A stretch of DNA of 64,000 bases from a virus: the IMG/VR virus record IMGVR_UViG_3300005327_000002, positions 16,092-80,091 of that record; one strand, written 5' to 3'. Position numbers and translations under genes: made by a program. Below are positions 44,356 to 52,522 of the stretch, piece after piece (position 1 is the first letter of the stretch; each line of letters begins with the position of its first letter). The notes under the pieces are model-generated. The model worked only from the letters and a program-made list of their open reading frames with translations, had not been told where the DNA came from and ran no database searches.

Positions 44356-45906
44356 TCACCGGCCCGGCAGGCGGCGGCCCCCGGGCGACGTGCGGCCCTC
44401 CAGGCGCCGTCCGGCGCGGCCGCTGACGGTGTCCAGTCTGCGGGGCCCGGTCTCCTTCACCAGGTGCTCCGTCCCGGCGGGTCGCAGCAGGTTGATAGCG
44501 ATGTACGCGGAGGCGTCCAGCGCGCCCGGGCTGTCGACCGACCCGGCGCGGTAGGAGGCCCACTGCCGCTGGAGGTGGGTGAGGCCGCCGACGAACAGGA
44601 CGCGGCCCATCGCCACCTCCTGGGCGACGGGCTCCGCCCGCAGCACCTTCCCGCGCAGCGCCCGCACCGAGATGATCGCGGGCATAAGGCCGCTGCGGGG
44701 CTTGCGGCTCCAGGCGGTGCGGATGGCCTGCTCCACCAGCCGGTTGGCGAAGTTGACCTCCAGCAGGATGCGGTCCGCCTGGGCGCGGTCGGCGATGTCG
44801 CACACCCGCTCCGGCCACTCCGTCACCGGCATCACGGCGGAGTCGTCGGCCGTGATGATCACCCGTTCGTCGTGGGTCTGGATACCGGTGATGATGCCGA
44901 CTTCGTCCCCGCCGCCGCCGGACGGGTCGACCGCCACGACGACCAGGGACGCCTCCGGCAGCCGGGCCGCCGGGATGGTGGCCTCCTGGAGCTTGTCCCA
45001 GGAGATCAGCGCGCCCTCCCGGGGGTGCGGGTCGCCCTGGTACAGGGCGTGCCAGTCCAGCGCCAGCGGCAGGCCGGAGCGCTTGTCCTCCCAATGTTGC
45101 AGAAGACGCACCACGTCCCGGTCCGGGATCTTCGGGTGCGTCAGCGGCTCCCCGTCACGCCTGCCCAACGGGTCCGTCCCGCCCGTCAGCTTCAGGTCCG
45201 CCAGCGCCGGGAGGTGGATCACCGACCACTTCCCGCCCTCCTCCGCCCGCCCCTCCCGGTCGATCAGGCGCAGCACCGGGTCCCGCTCCGTCCACAGCGT
45301 GCCGATCATCACCACCGGGCTGGAGGGCGCCAGGCGCGTCAGCATGGACGACGACAGCCAGTCCCAGGCGGTCTGCTGCTCCGCCGGGCTCTCCGCCTGC
45401 GCGCGGTTCTTCCAGATGTCGTCCACCAGCACGATGTCCGCGTCGTAGCCGGTGATGCCGCCGCCGATGCCCGACGACTTCAGGCCGCCCCCGGCCGACG
45501 TCGACCACTCCGCCACCGACTTGGCGTCCCGCGCCAGCCGCACTCCGTACCGGCCGCCGATGTCCCGGACCAGGTTGCGCACCCGGCGTCCGTTGCGGTT
45601 GGCCAGGTTCTGGCCGTAGCTGGTCGTGATGATCTTCGTGTGCGGGTTGCGCATCAGCAGCCACGCCGGGGTCCACACGTTGGCCAGCTCCGTCTTGCCG
45701 ACCTGCGGCGGCGTGATGATCGCCACCCGCGCGCCCGGGCGGCGCAGCGCGGCCGCCAGCTGCTCCCCGATCAGCTCCGTGTGCGCCCGGATCTTGAACC
45801 GGTCGCGGGGCGTGTGGCGGGCCGCCAGCAGGTGCGGGAAGCGCAGCGCCGCCAGGTCGGCGGAGCGCTGCTCCTGCGGGCTCTCACGCCGCTTCGTCGT
45901 CGGCAT
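44356..45906 (-). CDS. terL: Terminase large subunit
   Basis: TPPQVGKT Walker A, GGGITG, IVLVDD Walker B, ALYQG.P, VAVDPS nuclease, DA. Confidence 0.92.
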   Translation of the reverse strand: MPTTKRRESPQEQRSADLAALRFPHLLAARHTPRDRFKIRAHTELIGEQLAAALRRPGARVAIITPPQVGKTELANVWTPAWLLMRNPHTKIITTSYGQNLANRNGRRVRNLVRDIGGRYGVRLARDAKSVAEWSTSAGGGLKSSGIGGGITGYDADIVLVDDIWKNRAQAESPAEQQTAWDWLSSSMLTRLAPSSPVVMIGTLWTERDPVLRLIDREGRAEEGGKWSVIHLPALADLKLTGGTDPLGRRDGEPLTHPKIPDRDVVRLLQHWEDKRSGLPLALDWHALYQGDPHPREGALISWDKLQEATIPAARLPEASLVVVAVDPSGGGGDEVGIITGIQTHDERVIITADDSAVMPVTEWPERVCDIADRAQADRILLEVNFANRLVEQAIRTAWSRKPRSGLMPAIISVRALRGKVLRAEPVAQEVAMGRVLFVGGLTHLQRQWASYRAGSVDSPGALDASAYIAINLLRPAGTEHLVKETGPRRLDTVSGRAGRRLEGRTSPGGRRLPGR

Positions 45907-46438
45907 CGTCGCCCCCGGCCCCGGCGGGCGGGAAGAACTCATCGAAGCGGGCCACGGCGTCGTCCACGGCCGCCCGCAGGTCGTAGGAGTCGTCCTCCGC
46001 CGTGCCGTCCGGGATGACCGGGTGGGCGCTGCGCAGCGCGGTGGCCATGCGCATCACGTCGGCGGTCTGCACCCGCTCGATCGGCTGGCCCAGCAGGGAC
46101 TCCGCCTTGTTGTTGATCAAGGTCATGACCTTCAGCACGGCGGAGGAGCGCAGCCGGGCGGCCTCCGTCAGGTCGGCCAGCACCCCGGCCCGGCTGTCCA
46201 CCCGGTCGGCCAGCGACTGCTGCGCCTGCTCGGTGTCCCAGGCGATGGCGCGGGCGCTCCACCCCCAGTCGGCGGCCACCCGCCGCAGGTAGCTGTGGGA
46301 CAGCCGCAGCACGTCCGCCGCGCGGTCCAGGCGGCGGTCCGGCAGCGCCAGCCAGTCCAGGAACCGTCCGTACTGCTTGTCCGGCTCCCCCGGCTGCTGC
46401 GCCCAGGCGTGTGGTCCGGTATCGGTGAGATCGTCCAT
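45884..46438 (-). CDS. Terminase small subunit
   Basis: W.QQPGE..Y.RF, W..RA.AWD motif; overlaps terL. Confidence 0.7.
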   Translation of the reverse strand: MDDLTDTGPHAWAQQPGEPDKQYGRFLDWLALPDRRLDRAADVLRLSHSYLRRVAADWGWSARAIAWDTEQAQQSLADRVDSRAGVLADLTEAARLRSSAVLKVMTLINNKAESLLGQPIERVQTADVMRMATALRSAHPVIPDGTAEDDSYDLRAAVDDAVARFDEFFPPAGAGGDDADDEAA

Positions 46439-46619
46439 TGTGTCCTCCGATGACCGATTGTGCCTGTCCGGGCACGCGGCGTGAAGATCACGGAGGGGGT
46501 GGGGTCCCGGGCGCTGGGGGGTCTCGGAGGTGAAAGGCCCTCTCTCCACCCATGGCGGCAGCACAGCGGCTTTGACGCCCGGGACAGCGGGACGGCGAGC
46601 CATGGAGCACGCGAATCCG

Positions 46620-46982
46620 CTACGAGTCTGCGCCCAGGGGGGTGTGCACCGGGCGCGGCGCGCCGGGCATCGGCGGCAGGTATCCGCACACCAGGACGGC
46701 CAGCTTGTCGGTGGGGGAGGCGATGGCCAGGCCGGGCAGGTGCACCAGGCCCTGGTCCACCAGGTCGCGCAGCAGGGAGGCGGAGACGCGCGGGCCCAGC
46801 GGGCGCCCGTGCTTGCCCCGCAGGTCGGCCAGCTGGCGCAGCGTCACCCGGCGGCGCGCGGCGGCGGCCCAGGTGACGTAGGAGAAGACGATCAGGTGTT
46901 CCACGTCCATGGTCGCCACGTCGTCGGCGTCCAGGGGCGTCGGCCGGGTGTGCCGGTGGGGGCGGGCGTCGGTCACGGTCAT
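46620..46982 (-). CDS. Hypothetical protein, possible winged helix
   Basis: VTLRQLA..VSASLLRDLVDQGLV. Confidence 0.5.
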   Translation of the reverse strand: MTVTDARPHRHTRPTPLDADDVATMDVEHLIVFSYVTWAAAARRRVTLRQLADLRGKHGRPLGPRVSASLLRDLVDQGLVHLPGLAIASPTDKLAVLVCGYLPPMPGAPRPVHTPLGADS

Positions 46983-47040
46983 GATCCCCAGGGTGCGGCC
47001 CGTACGTCCCGGGCCCGGGTGTTCGAGCGCCGTCCGGCGT

Positions 47041-47227
47041 GTCCCTACCCGCCCTTCGGTCGCGTCCCTAGTCCCTAGTCCCTAGCGCCCGCGCTCACTC
47101 TTCCGAACCGTTGACACCTCTCTGACCTGCTGTTACGCGCGATAACACACACAGCTGATGTCCGTTTTGTACACATTTATATAGTGGAGAGCGAGCGCGC
47201 CAGTCCCTAGAACTAGGGACTAGGGAC
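47041..47227. repeat. GTCCCTA heptamer array flanking an AT-rich core (putative lytic origin or packaging site)
   Basis: GTCCCTA at 47041, 47064, 47071, 47078, 47203; TAGGGAC at 47214, 47221; TTTTGTACACATTTATATAG core. Confidence 0.65.
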
Positions 47228-47248
47228 ACCCTGCTGCGGGCACGCGAA

Positions 47249-47281
47249 AGGCCCCCCGGGCTGCTCGCCGGGGGGCCCTTT
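47249..47281 (-). terminator. Stem-loop after the helicase-like gene
   Basis: GGCCCCCCGG...CCGGGGGGCC. Confidence 0.6.
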
Positions 47282-47291
47282 GTTCGAACGG

Positions 47292-48881
47292 TCAGGCGCG
47301 GCCGCGCATGAGCACGCCGCCCTCCAGGACCAGCAGCCCGGAGTTGACCGCGTACTCCAGGACGCGGGCCTTCGACCAGCCCGGCGCGTGCCGGTCAAGC
47401 TGGCGCTTCGTCAGGTAGTTCTGGTTCGCCTTCGTCTTCGTCAGGCCGCCCTGGTCGGCCACCTCCGCCAGCTTCTCCACCAGCTTGGCCACGTACGGCG
47501 GGACCGCCATCTCCACCAGCTGCAGCTGCCGGGACTGCGCGGCCCGCGCGATGTACCGGGAGTCCTCCTCCAGGCGCCGCTGGCGGGCGTCCTCCAGCGC
47601 GGCCCGGTGGTAGGTGTCCCGGGCGTCCGCGTGCGCGTCCCACAACATCCTGGTGCGCCGCCAGACCTCCGGGTCCGGGTGGACGGAGCCGCACAGCAGG
47701 TTCAGCACGTGGTACATGGTGATCATCTGCCGGGGCCGGTGGACGTCCAGGTCCGACTCCAGCCCCTTGCCGGTGGCCTGGTCCAGCAGCTTGGCCACGT
47801 CCACCACCGCGTTGCTCGGCAGCTCCATGGTGCGGTCCGGCAGGGCGGACACCCACTGGCCCAGCGGCTGGCCGGTGGCGACCTTCAGCGACTCCACCGG
47901 CGCCTGGGCGGAGCGGTCCGTCAGGGCGGCCACCACGGCCTCCAGCTCCGCCTCCCCCAGCTCCTGCCCGTACTGGACACCGGCCAGCGCCGGGTCCTCC
48001 TCCTGCTCTCGGATCGCGTTGAAGACCAGGAAACGCTGCACCAAGCCCTGCCCGGCGGTCTCGTACAGCGTCTGCAGGCGCGCGGGCTGGCCGCCGGTGA
48101 CGACCGCCAGCCGGTAGGAGTCGGCGTCCACCTTGCGCTTGCGCGTCAGGTCGGCGTTCGGTGTCTCGTACCCGTGGCCCTGCAGCATGGAGGACAGCAC
48201 CGCACCGATGGTGTTGTTCGGCCGGTCGATCTGCGCCAGCAGCGCCTGGATCTCGTCCTGGTAGGCGAGCACCCGGGAGGCGAGCATCACGCGCTCCGGC
48301 GGCCCCTCCACCGTCTCCCCGTCGTCGCCCTCCCGCTTCGCGCCCTTGCGGTACATGCAGAACTGGTCCAGCAGGCCCTCCCCGGTGGAGACGCCCGCCA
48401 TCTCCACCAGGTCCTCCCGGCCGTCGGCGTTGAAGACCAGCGGGGTGGGCAGCAGCAGGGACGCCGTCCGGTACCCGAGCGACTTGCCCATGCCGGGGGG
48501 CGCCGCCAGGATCGTGCCGCCGTTCAGGGTGCCGTTCGGCATGCCGGGCACGGACCCGGCCCGCAGCCCCACCGGCGCCATGGCCTGCACGCGCGCCATC
48601 ACGGAGCCCAGCACCGCCTCCGGCGACTGGTACCGCGCCCGGGCCACGTCCCGGATGGTGCGCAGCGTGGCGTGGCCCCAGAAGGCCTCCGGCAGGCGGC
48701 CGCAGCCGCGCAGCATGTCCAGGGTGGAGGCGGTGTACTCCTCCGGCTCCTGGTCCCACTCGATTTCGGGGACCGCCTCCAGGTGGCTGGCCTGGCGCTG
48801 GCGGCCCAGGGCCACCACCTCCGCCACCGCTTCGCGCGCTTCCCGCAGGTCGTCCGCTTCGGTGAATCGCTTCGCTCCCAC
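47292..48881 (-). CDS. P-loop NTPase, helicase-like (DUF3987/YfjI-like) partner of the primase
   Basis: APPGMGKS, STGEGL, YQDEI, GL.QRFL. Confidence 0.7.
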   Translation of the reverse strand: MGAKRFTEADDLREAREAVAEVVALGRQRQASHLEAVPEIEWDQEPEEYTASTLDMLRGCGRLPEAFWGHATLRTIRDVARARYQSPEAVLGSVMARVQAMAPVGLRAGSVPGMPNGTLNGGTILAAPPGMGKSLGYRTASLLLPTPLVFNADGREDLVEMAGVSTGEGLLDQFCMYRKGAKREGDDGETVEGPPERVMLASRVLAYQDEIQALLAQIDRPNNTIGAVLSSMLQGHGYETPNADLTRKRKVDADSYRLAVVTGGQPARLQTLYETAGQGLVQRFLVFNAIREQEEDPALAGVQYGQELGEAELEAVVAALTDRSAQAPVESLKVATGQPLGQWVSALPDRTMELPSNAVVDVAKLLDQATGKGLESDLDVHRPRQMITMYHVLNLLCGSVHPDPEVWRRTRMLWDAHADARDTYHRAALEDARQRRLEEDSRYIARAAQSRQLQLVEMAVPPYVAKLVEKLAEVADQGGLTKTKANQNYLTKRQLDRHAPGWSKARVLEYAVNSGLLVLEGGVLMRGRA

Positions 48882-49061
48882 CGTCTCTCTCCCAGTCTCA
48901 TTGGACCGGATGACGTACCCCCGACAGGGCCGCTATCGTGCCTGTCGTAAGGCCGGTTCGCCCGGTACTCGTCAGTTCCACTGGGTCGTCGGTCCTCCCG
49001 AGATCGGGCCGCAGACCCCCCTTGCGTGAGCCCCGGTGTGCCGCCGGGGCTTCGTGCTTTT

Positions 49062-49256
49062 TCAGGCCGCCACGCCCATGGCGCGCAGCCCGGCCTCCAT
49101 GACGGTGCGCGCCCCGGCGGAGGCGTTGCCCCCGCCGATCAGGCGCAGGGTCCGCTTCAGGTCGGCGGGCAGGGTGACCTCCAGGGAGTCGGTCTTCTCC
49201 GCCAGCCGGGGGCGGCCGGGAAGCCGTCCTGACCTTCGCTTCTGCTGCTGCGCCAT
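49062..49256 (-). CDS. Small DNA-binding protein (RHH-like)
   Basis: GGAGGG RBS; GRPRL..LEVTLP..GGGNASAGAR. Confidence 0.6.
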   Translation of the reverse strand: MAQQQKRRSGRLPGRPRLAEKTDSLEVTLPADLKRTLRLIGGGNASAGARTVMEAGLRAMGVAA

Positions 49257-49288
49257 CGTCCCCTCCGGGTTTCTCCAGGTAAAACTGG

Positions 49289-50797
49289 CTATACGATCTG
49301 CCATCGAACGGACTTGTCCCAGGAGCTGTAGCCACGACGGGCGGCCAGCCGGATCTCCTCCAGGTCCATCAGGACCGCCCGGCCCTCCAGGGCGCTCAGC
49401 AGGCGGTCCGGCGAGAGTCCGGCTTCGATCAGGGGGGCCAGGTCGCGCGCTGCGTGCTCGACACAGCGGCCCTGCCACTCCGGGGTATCGGCCTGCGTGA
49501 CCCGGGTCAGGCACCGGGCGTAGATCGTCTCCACGGCCCGGGCTGACACCCTCCGGACGATCGGCGCAAGCACCGACGCGCTACCCGGCGCATCAGAGGG
49601 TGCACGGACATCATCTCCCGTGTTCGAATCGTCCTGGGCAGCGCATTCGGGTGAACTCTTTACCTGCTCCGGTTCGGCGGCCGGGCGCAGCTCCAGGGGC
49701 TTGAAACCGGGGAAGTCGCGCGCCTGCAGCAGCTGGGCGATCTTGCCGACGTACTCCGCCCGCCCGGCCCGCTCGAAGGAAAGAGCCAGTGCCGCACGGG
49801 CCTTCTCGTAGTCCAGGCTGCCGCCGCAGATGAGCGCGGCCACCGGAACGGTCGCGGTGACCGCCGTCCCCCAGCGCTGGCCGGTGGTCGCGTTCTCGAT
49901 CTTCGTGCAGGCCTTCGACAGGACGGCGGCGGCGTACCGGTCAACGTCGCGCACCTCCTGGATCTCTACTCCGTCCACGACGTGTTCGGATTCGAGCACG
50001 GGGGGTCGCTCCTGTGCGCCCCCCGTGCTCTCCGCCGGACGGGGAGTCAGCAGGGCTCGCAGCCACTCCGGCAGCGGCGCGGGCGGCCGGTCGTCCAGGA
50101 TGCGGTAGACGCCCTTGGCCGACTTCCCGCCGGGGGCGACGATGTACCCGCCCAGGGAGCGCACGTCGGCGCCGTACAGGGCCCGGTAGCCGCCCTTGGA
50201 CTGCTGCTGGACGCCCTGCGGGTCGGCGTAGGCCAGGTGCTTGCCCCCGGAGGGCGTGGCCACGGTCAGGGTCGCGGTGTGCTTGACGCCCAGGTGCGCC
50301 AGCGCCAGCCCGTAGGCGTCCTCCCCGTTGACGATCAACTCCGCGTCGGCGGCGTCCACTTCGATGTCCCGGCCGGTGACGACGTCGCTCGACACCAGGA
50401 CGGCCTGGTCCTCCACGTCGGTGGGGTACCAGCGCGGCAGCGGGTCACCGTCCTTGTGCACGTCCAGGTCCAGCACCGTCCAGCCGGTCGGGCCGGTGGC
50501 GATGCCCACCGTGTGCGCGCCCTCCCGGGCGAACATGGCCTCCAGCCGCTCCGGGTCGGTCGTGGCGGCGTACCAGCCGTGGCAGACCTCCCCCAGGACG
50601 TCGGGGCGCAGGCAGGCGCACGTGGCGGCGTCGTGCGGTTCGTAGTCCGGGTTCCTCACGGTCTCCCCGGTGCGTGCGTCGCGCATCGTCTTGGAGCACC
50701 GGCGGCAGCCGCGCAGCGGCATCTTGGAGCGGCCCAGGGGGAAGCAGTGGGCGCCCCGCAGGGCCCAGCGCAGGGCCAGGTCAAGCGCGCTGCTCAC
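49289..50797 (-). CDS. Bifunctional DNA primase/polymerase
   Basis: FPL..SKMP, CHGWYAATTD, GIATG, VLDLD, TPSGGKH, DVRSLGGYIVAPG, APLPEWL. Confidence 0.9.
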   Translation of the reverse strand: MSSALDLALRWALRGAHCFPLGRSKMPLRGCRRCSKTMRDARTGETVRNPDYEPHDAATCACLRPDVLGEVCHGWYAATTDPERLEAMFAREGAHTVGIATGPTGWTVLDLDVHKDGDPLPRWYPTDVEDQAVLVSSDVVTGRDIEVDAADAELIVNGEDAYGLALAHLGVKHTATLTVATPSGGKHLAYADPQGVQQQSKGGYRALYGADVRSLGGYIVAPGGKSAKGVYRILDDRPPAPLPEWLRALLTPRPAESTGGAQERPPVLESEHVVDGVEIQEVRDVDRYAAAVLSKACTKIENATTGQRWGTAVTATVPVAALICGGSLDYEKARAALALSFERAGRAEYVGKIAQLLQARDFPGFKPLELRPAAEPEQVKSSPECAAQDDSNTGDDVRAPSDAPGSASVLAPIVRRVSARAVETIYARCLTRVTQADTPEWQGRCVEHAARDLAPLIEAGLSPDRLLSALEGRAVLMDLEEIRLAARRGYSSWDKSVRWQIV

Positions 50798-51002
50798 CGG
50801 TGCCCCCTGCGGCGTCGTGGGCGGACGGGCGGGCGTCGGCGGGCCGGGTGGCGGGCGGGAAGCGCTCCGCCAGCTCCGACAGGTACTCGATCGTCTCGGA
50901 CAGGGTCATGTCCCGGTCCAGCGCGGCGGACAGCTGGCGGACGGCCCGGCGGAGCGCGGCCTGCGCCCCGGCGGTGATGCTGATCTTCGTGTAGTTAGCC
51001 AT
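50781..51002 (-). CDS. Small DNA-binding-like protein
   Basis: YTKISIT..TLSETIEYL; TATGGT-N6-ATG. Confidence 0.6.
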   Translation of the reverse strand: MANYTKISITAGAQAALRRAVRQLSAALDRDMTLSETIEYLSELAERFPPATRPADARPSAHDAAGGTGEQRA

Positions 51003-51107
51003 ACCACCACCATAGGACCTGATGGTGCATTGTGGTAGACGGTGGGGCCTGTTGGTGGCATGCTTTTGGTACCCACCGAGAGCAAAGGACCACAGACCGT
51101 GATCGAC

Positions 51108-51800
51108 ATGACCGAGATCCGCAGGGCCGCGAAAGCCGCCGGGTACCGCCTGGCCGCCACCCACGTGGACGACCTGATCCAGCGCGTCCCCGGCACCACC
51201 GCGCACGACGTCTCCGTGTTCCTGCGCGCCGGGGCCGACCTGCAGGAGCGCGCCGTCCCGGACGGCCCGATCCCCGTCCTGCTGGAGGAGGCCCCCGCGC
51301 TGCTGGACCACCCGGTCCTGGGCCCGGAGCTGATGCGCCTGGCTCTGCAGCGCCACGCCCGCCAGCAGCTCACCGCCCCCGGCTTCGTCCCGCCCGACCA
51401 GTGGGCGGCCCGGCTGACGGGCCCGGCCACCCGGTCCGGGAAGACCTCCGCCGCCGCCGACCTGGCCCAGGAGGTGCGCCAGCTGGTCCAGGCCGACCTG
51501 CTGGCCTGCTTCCGCCGCAACCTGAACGCCTACGGCACCCTGCCCGGCGGCTTCCCCGACGCGCAGCAGCTGGAGCGGATCGCCCTCCTGCCCGCCGCCG
51601 ACGTCCTGAAGCGCGCCGTGATCGCCACCGAGAAGGCCGCCCGGGACAACGCCCTGCAGCACACCACCCCGAAGGACGTGTGGCTGGCCGGGCTCGCCGA
51701 CCTGCGCGACCTGCAGCAGGCGCAGCAGGACCGGATGGACGCCCAGGAGAGCCTGCTGCACGCCTACCGCACCAACCGCACCGACACCCAGGAGAGCTGA
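51108..51800 (+). CDS. Hypothetical protein
   Basis: GC3 bias; start may be GTG 51099. Confidence 0.7.
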   Translation: MTEIRRAAKAAGYRLAATHVDDLIQRVPGTTAHDVSVFLRAGADLQERAVPDGPIPVLLEEAPALLDHPVLGPELMRLALQRHARQQLTAPGFVPPDQWAARLTGPATRSGKTSAAADLAQEVRQLVQADLLACFRRNLNAYGTLPGGFPDAQQLERIALLPAADVLKRAVIATEKAARDNALQHTTPKDVWLAGLADLRDLQQAQQDRMDAQESLLHAYRTNRTDTQES

Positions 51801-51803
51801 ACC

Positions 51804-52319
51804 GTGGCCGCCGTCGACATCGCCAGCGCCTTCCGGCGCCTGCTGGCCGCCCTGCGCCGCACCGCCCCGGAGCCCGTCGTGCTGCCCGTCCCGGAGGACT
51901 GGGACCACATCGGCCCGGTGGACGCCATGCGCTGCTTCTCCGCCCGCTACCGGGTGTACGGCGCCCGCCCCGACGGCTTCCCCACCCGGGAGCAGCTGGA
52001 GTACGCGGTCTGCCTGCCCGAAGCCCGCCCGCTGCTGCGCCCCGTCCTGCTGGCGGAGCGCGCCGCCGGGGACGGCCTGGTCCACACCGCGACCGGGAAG
52101 GACGTGTGGCTGGCCGTGATGGCCGACCTGGAGGGCTTCCTGGAGGCCCACTGGGTGCAGGTCGACCTGAACCGCCGCTCCGCCGACGCCCCGACCGTGC
52201 ACTGCGTGCGCAACACCCTGATGGACGACCACGGCCCGCACGGCTGGGAGGCCGTCGGCGGCGTGCGCCGCTGCCCCGGCTGGCCGCTGCCGATGGCCGA
52301 CACCGAGAAGGAGAACTGA
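51804..52319 (+). CDS. Hypothetical protein
   Basis: GGAG RBS; GC3 bias. Confidence 0.7.
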   Translation: MAAVDIASAFRRLLAALRRTAPEPVVLPVPEDWDHIGPVDAMRCFSARYRVYGARPDGFPTREQLEYAVCLPEARPLLRPVLLAERAAGDGLVHTATGKDVWLAVMADLEGFLEAHWVQVDLNRRSADAPTVHCVRNTLMDDHGPHGWEAVGGVRRCPGWPLPMADTEKEN

Positions 52320-52321
52320 CG

Positions 52322-52519
52322 ATGGCCCGCACCGCTGACATCGCCCGCCAGTCGGCCCACGCCGCCGGGTACCGGGAGGCGACCGTGCACCTGGAGCAGC
52401 TGCTGCTCCGCCACGGCACCGACGTGCAGGCCGTCCTGGCTGCCATGCTGCGCGGCGCCCGCCTGCGGGAGCACGCCGCCGCGACCGGCGCCCCCTACCC
52501 CACCGCTGCGGCGGAGTAG
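52322..52519 (+). CDS. Hypothetical protein
   Basis: AAGGAG RBS; fills the gap before the polymerase. Confidence 0.6.
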   Translation: MARTADIARQSAHAAGYREATVHLEQLLLRHGTDVQAVLAAMLRGARLREHAAATGAPYPTAAAE

Positions 52520-52522
52520 GCC

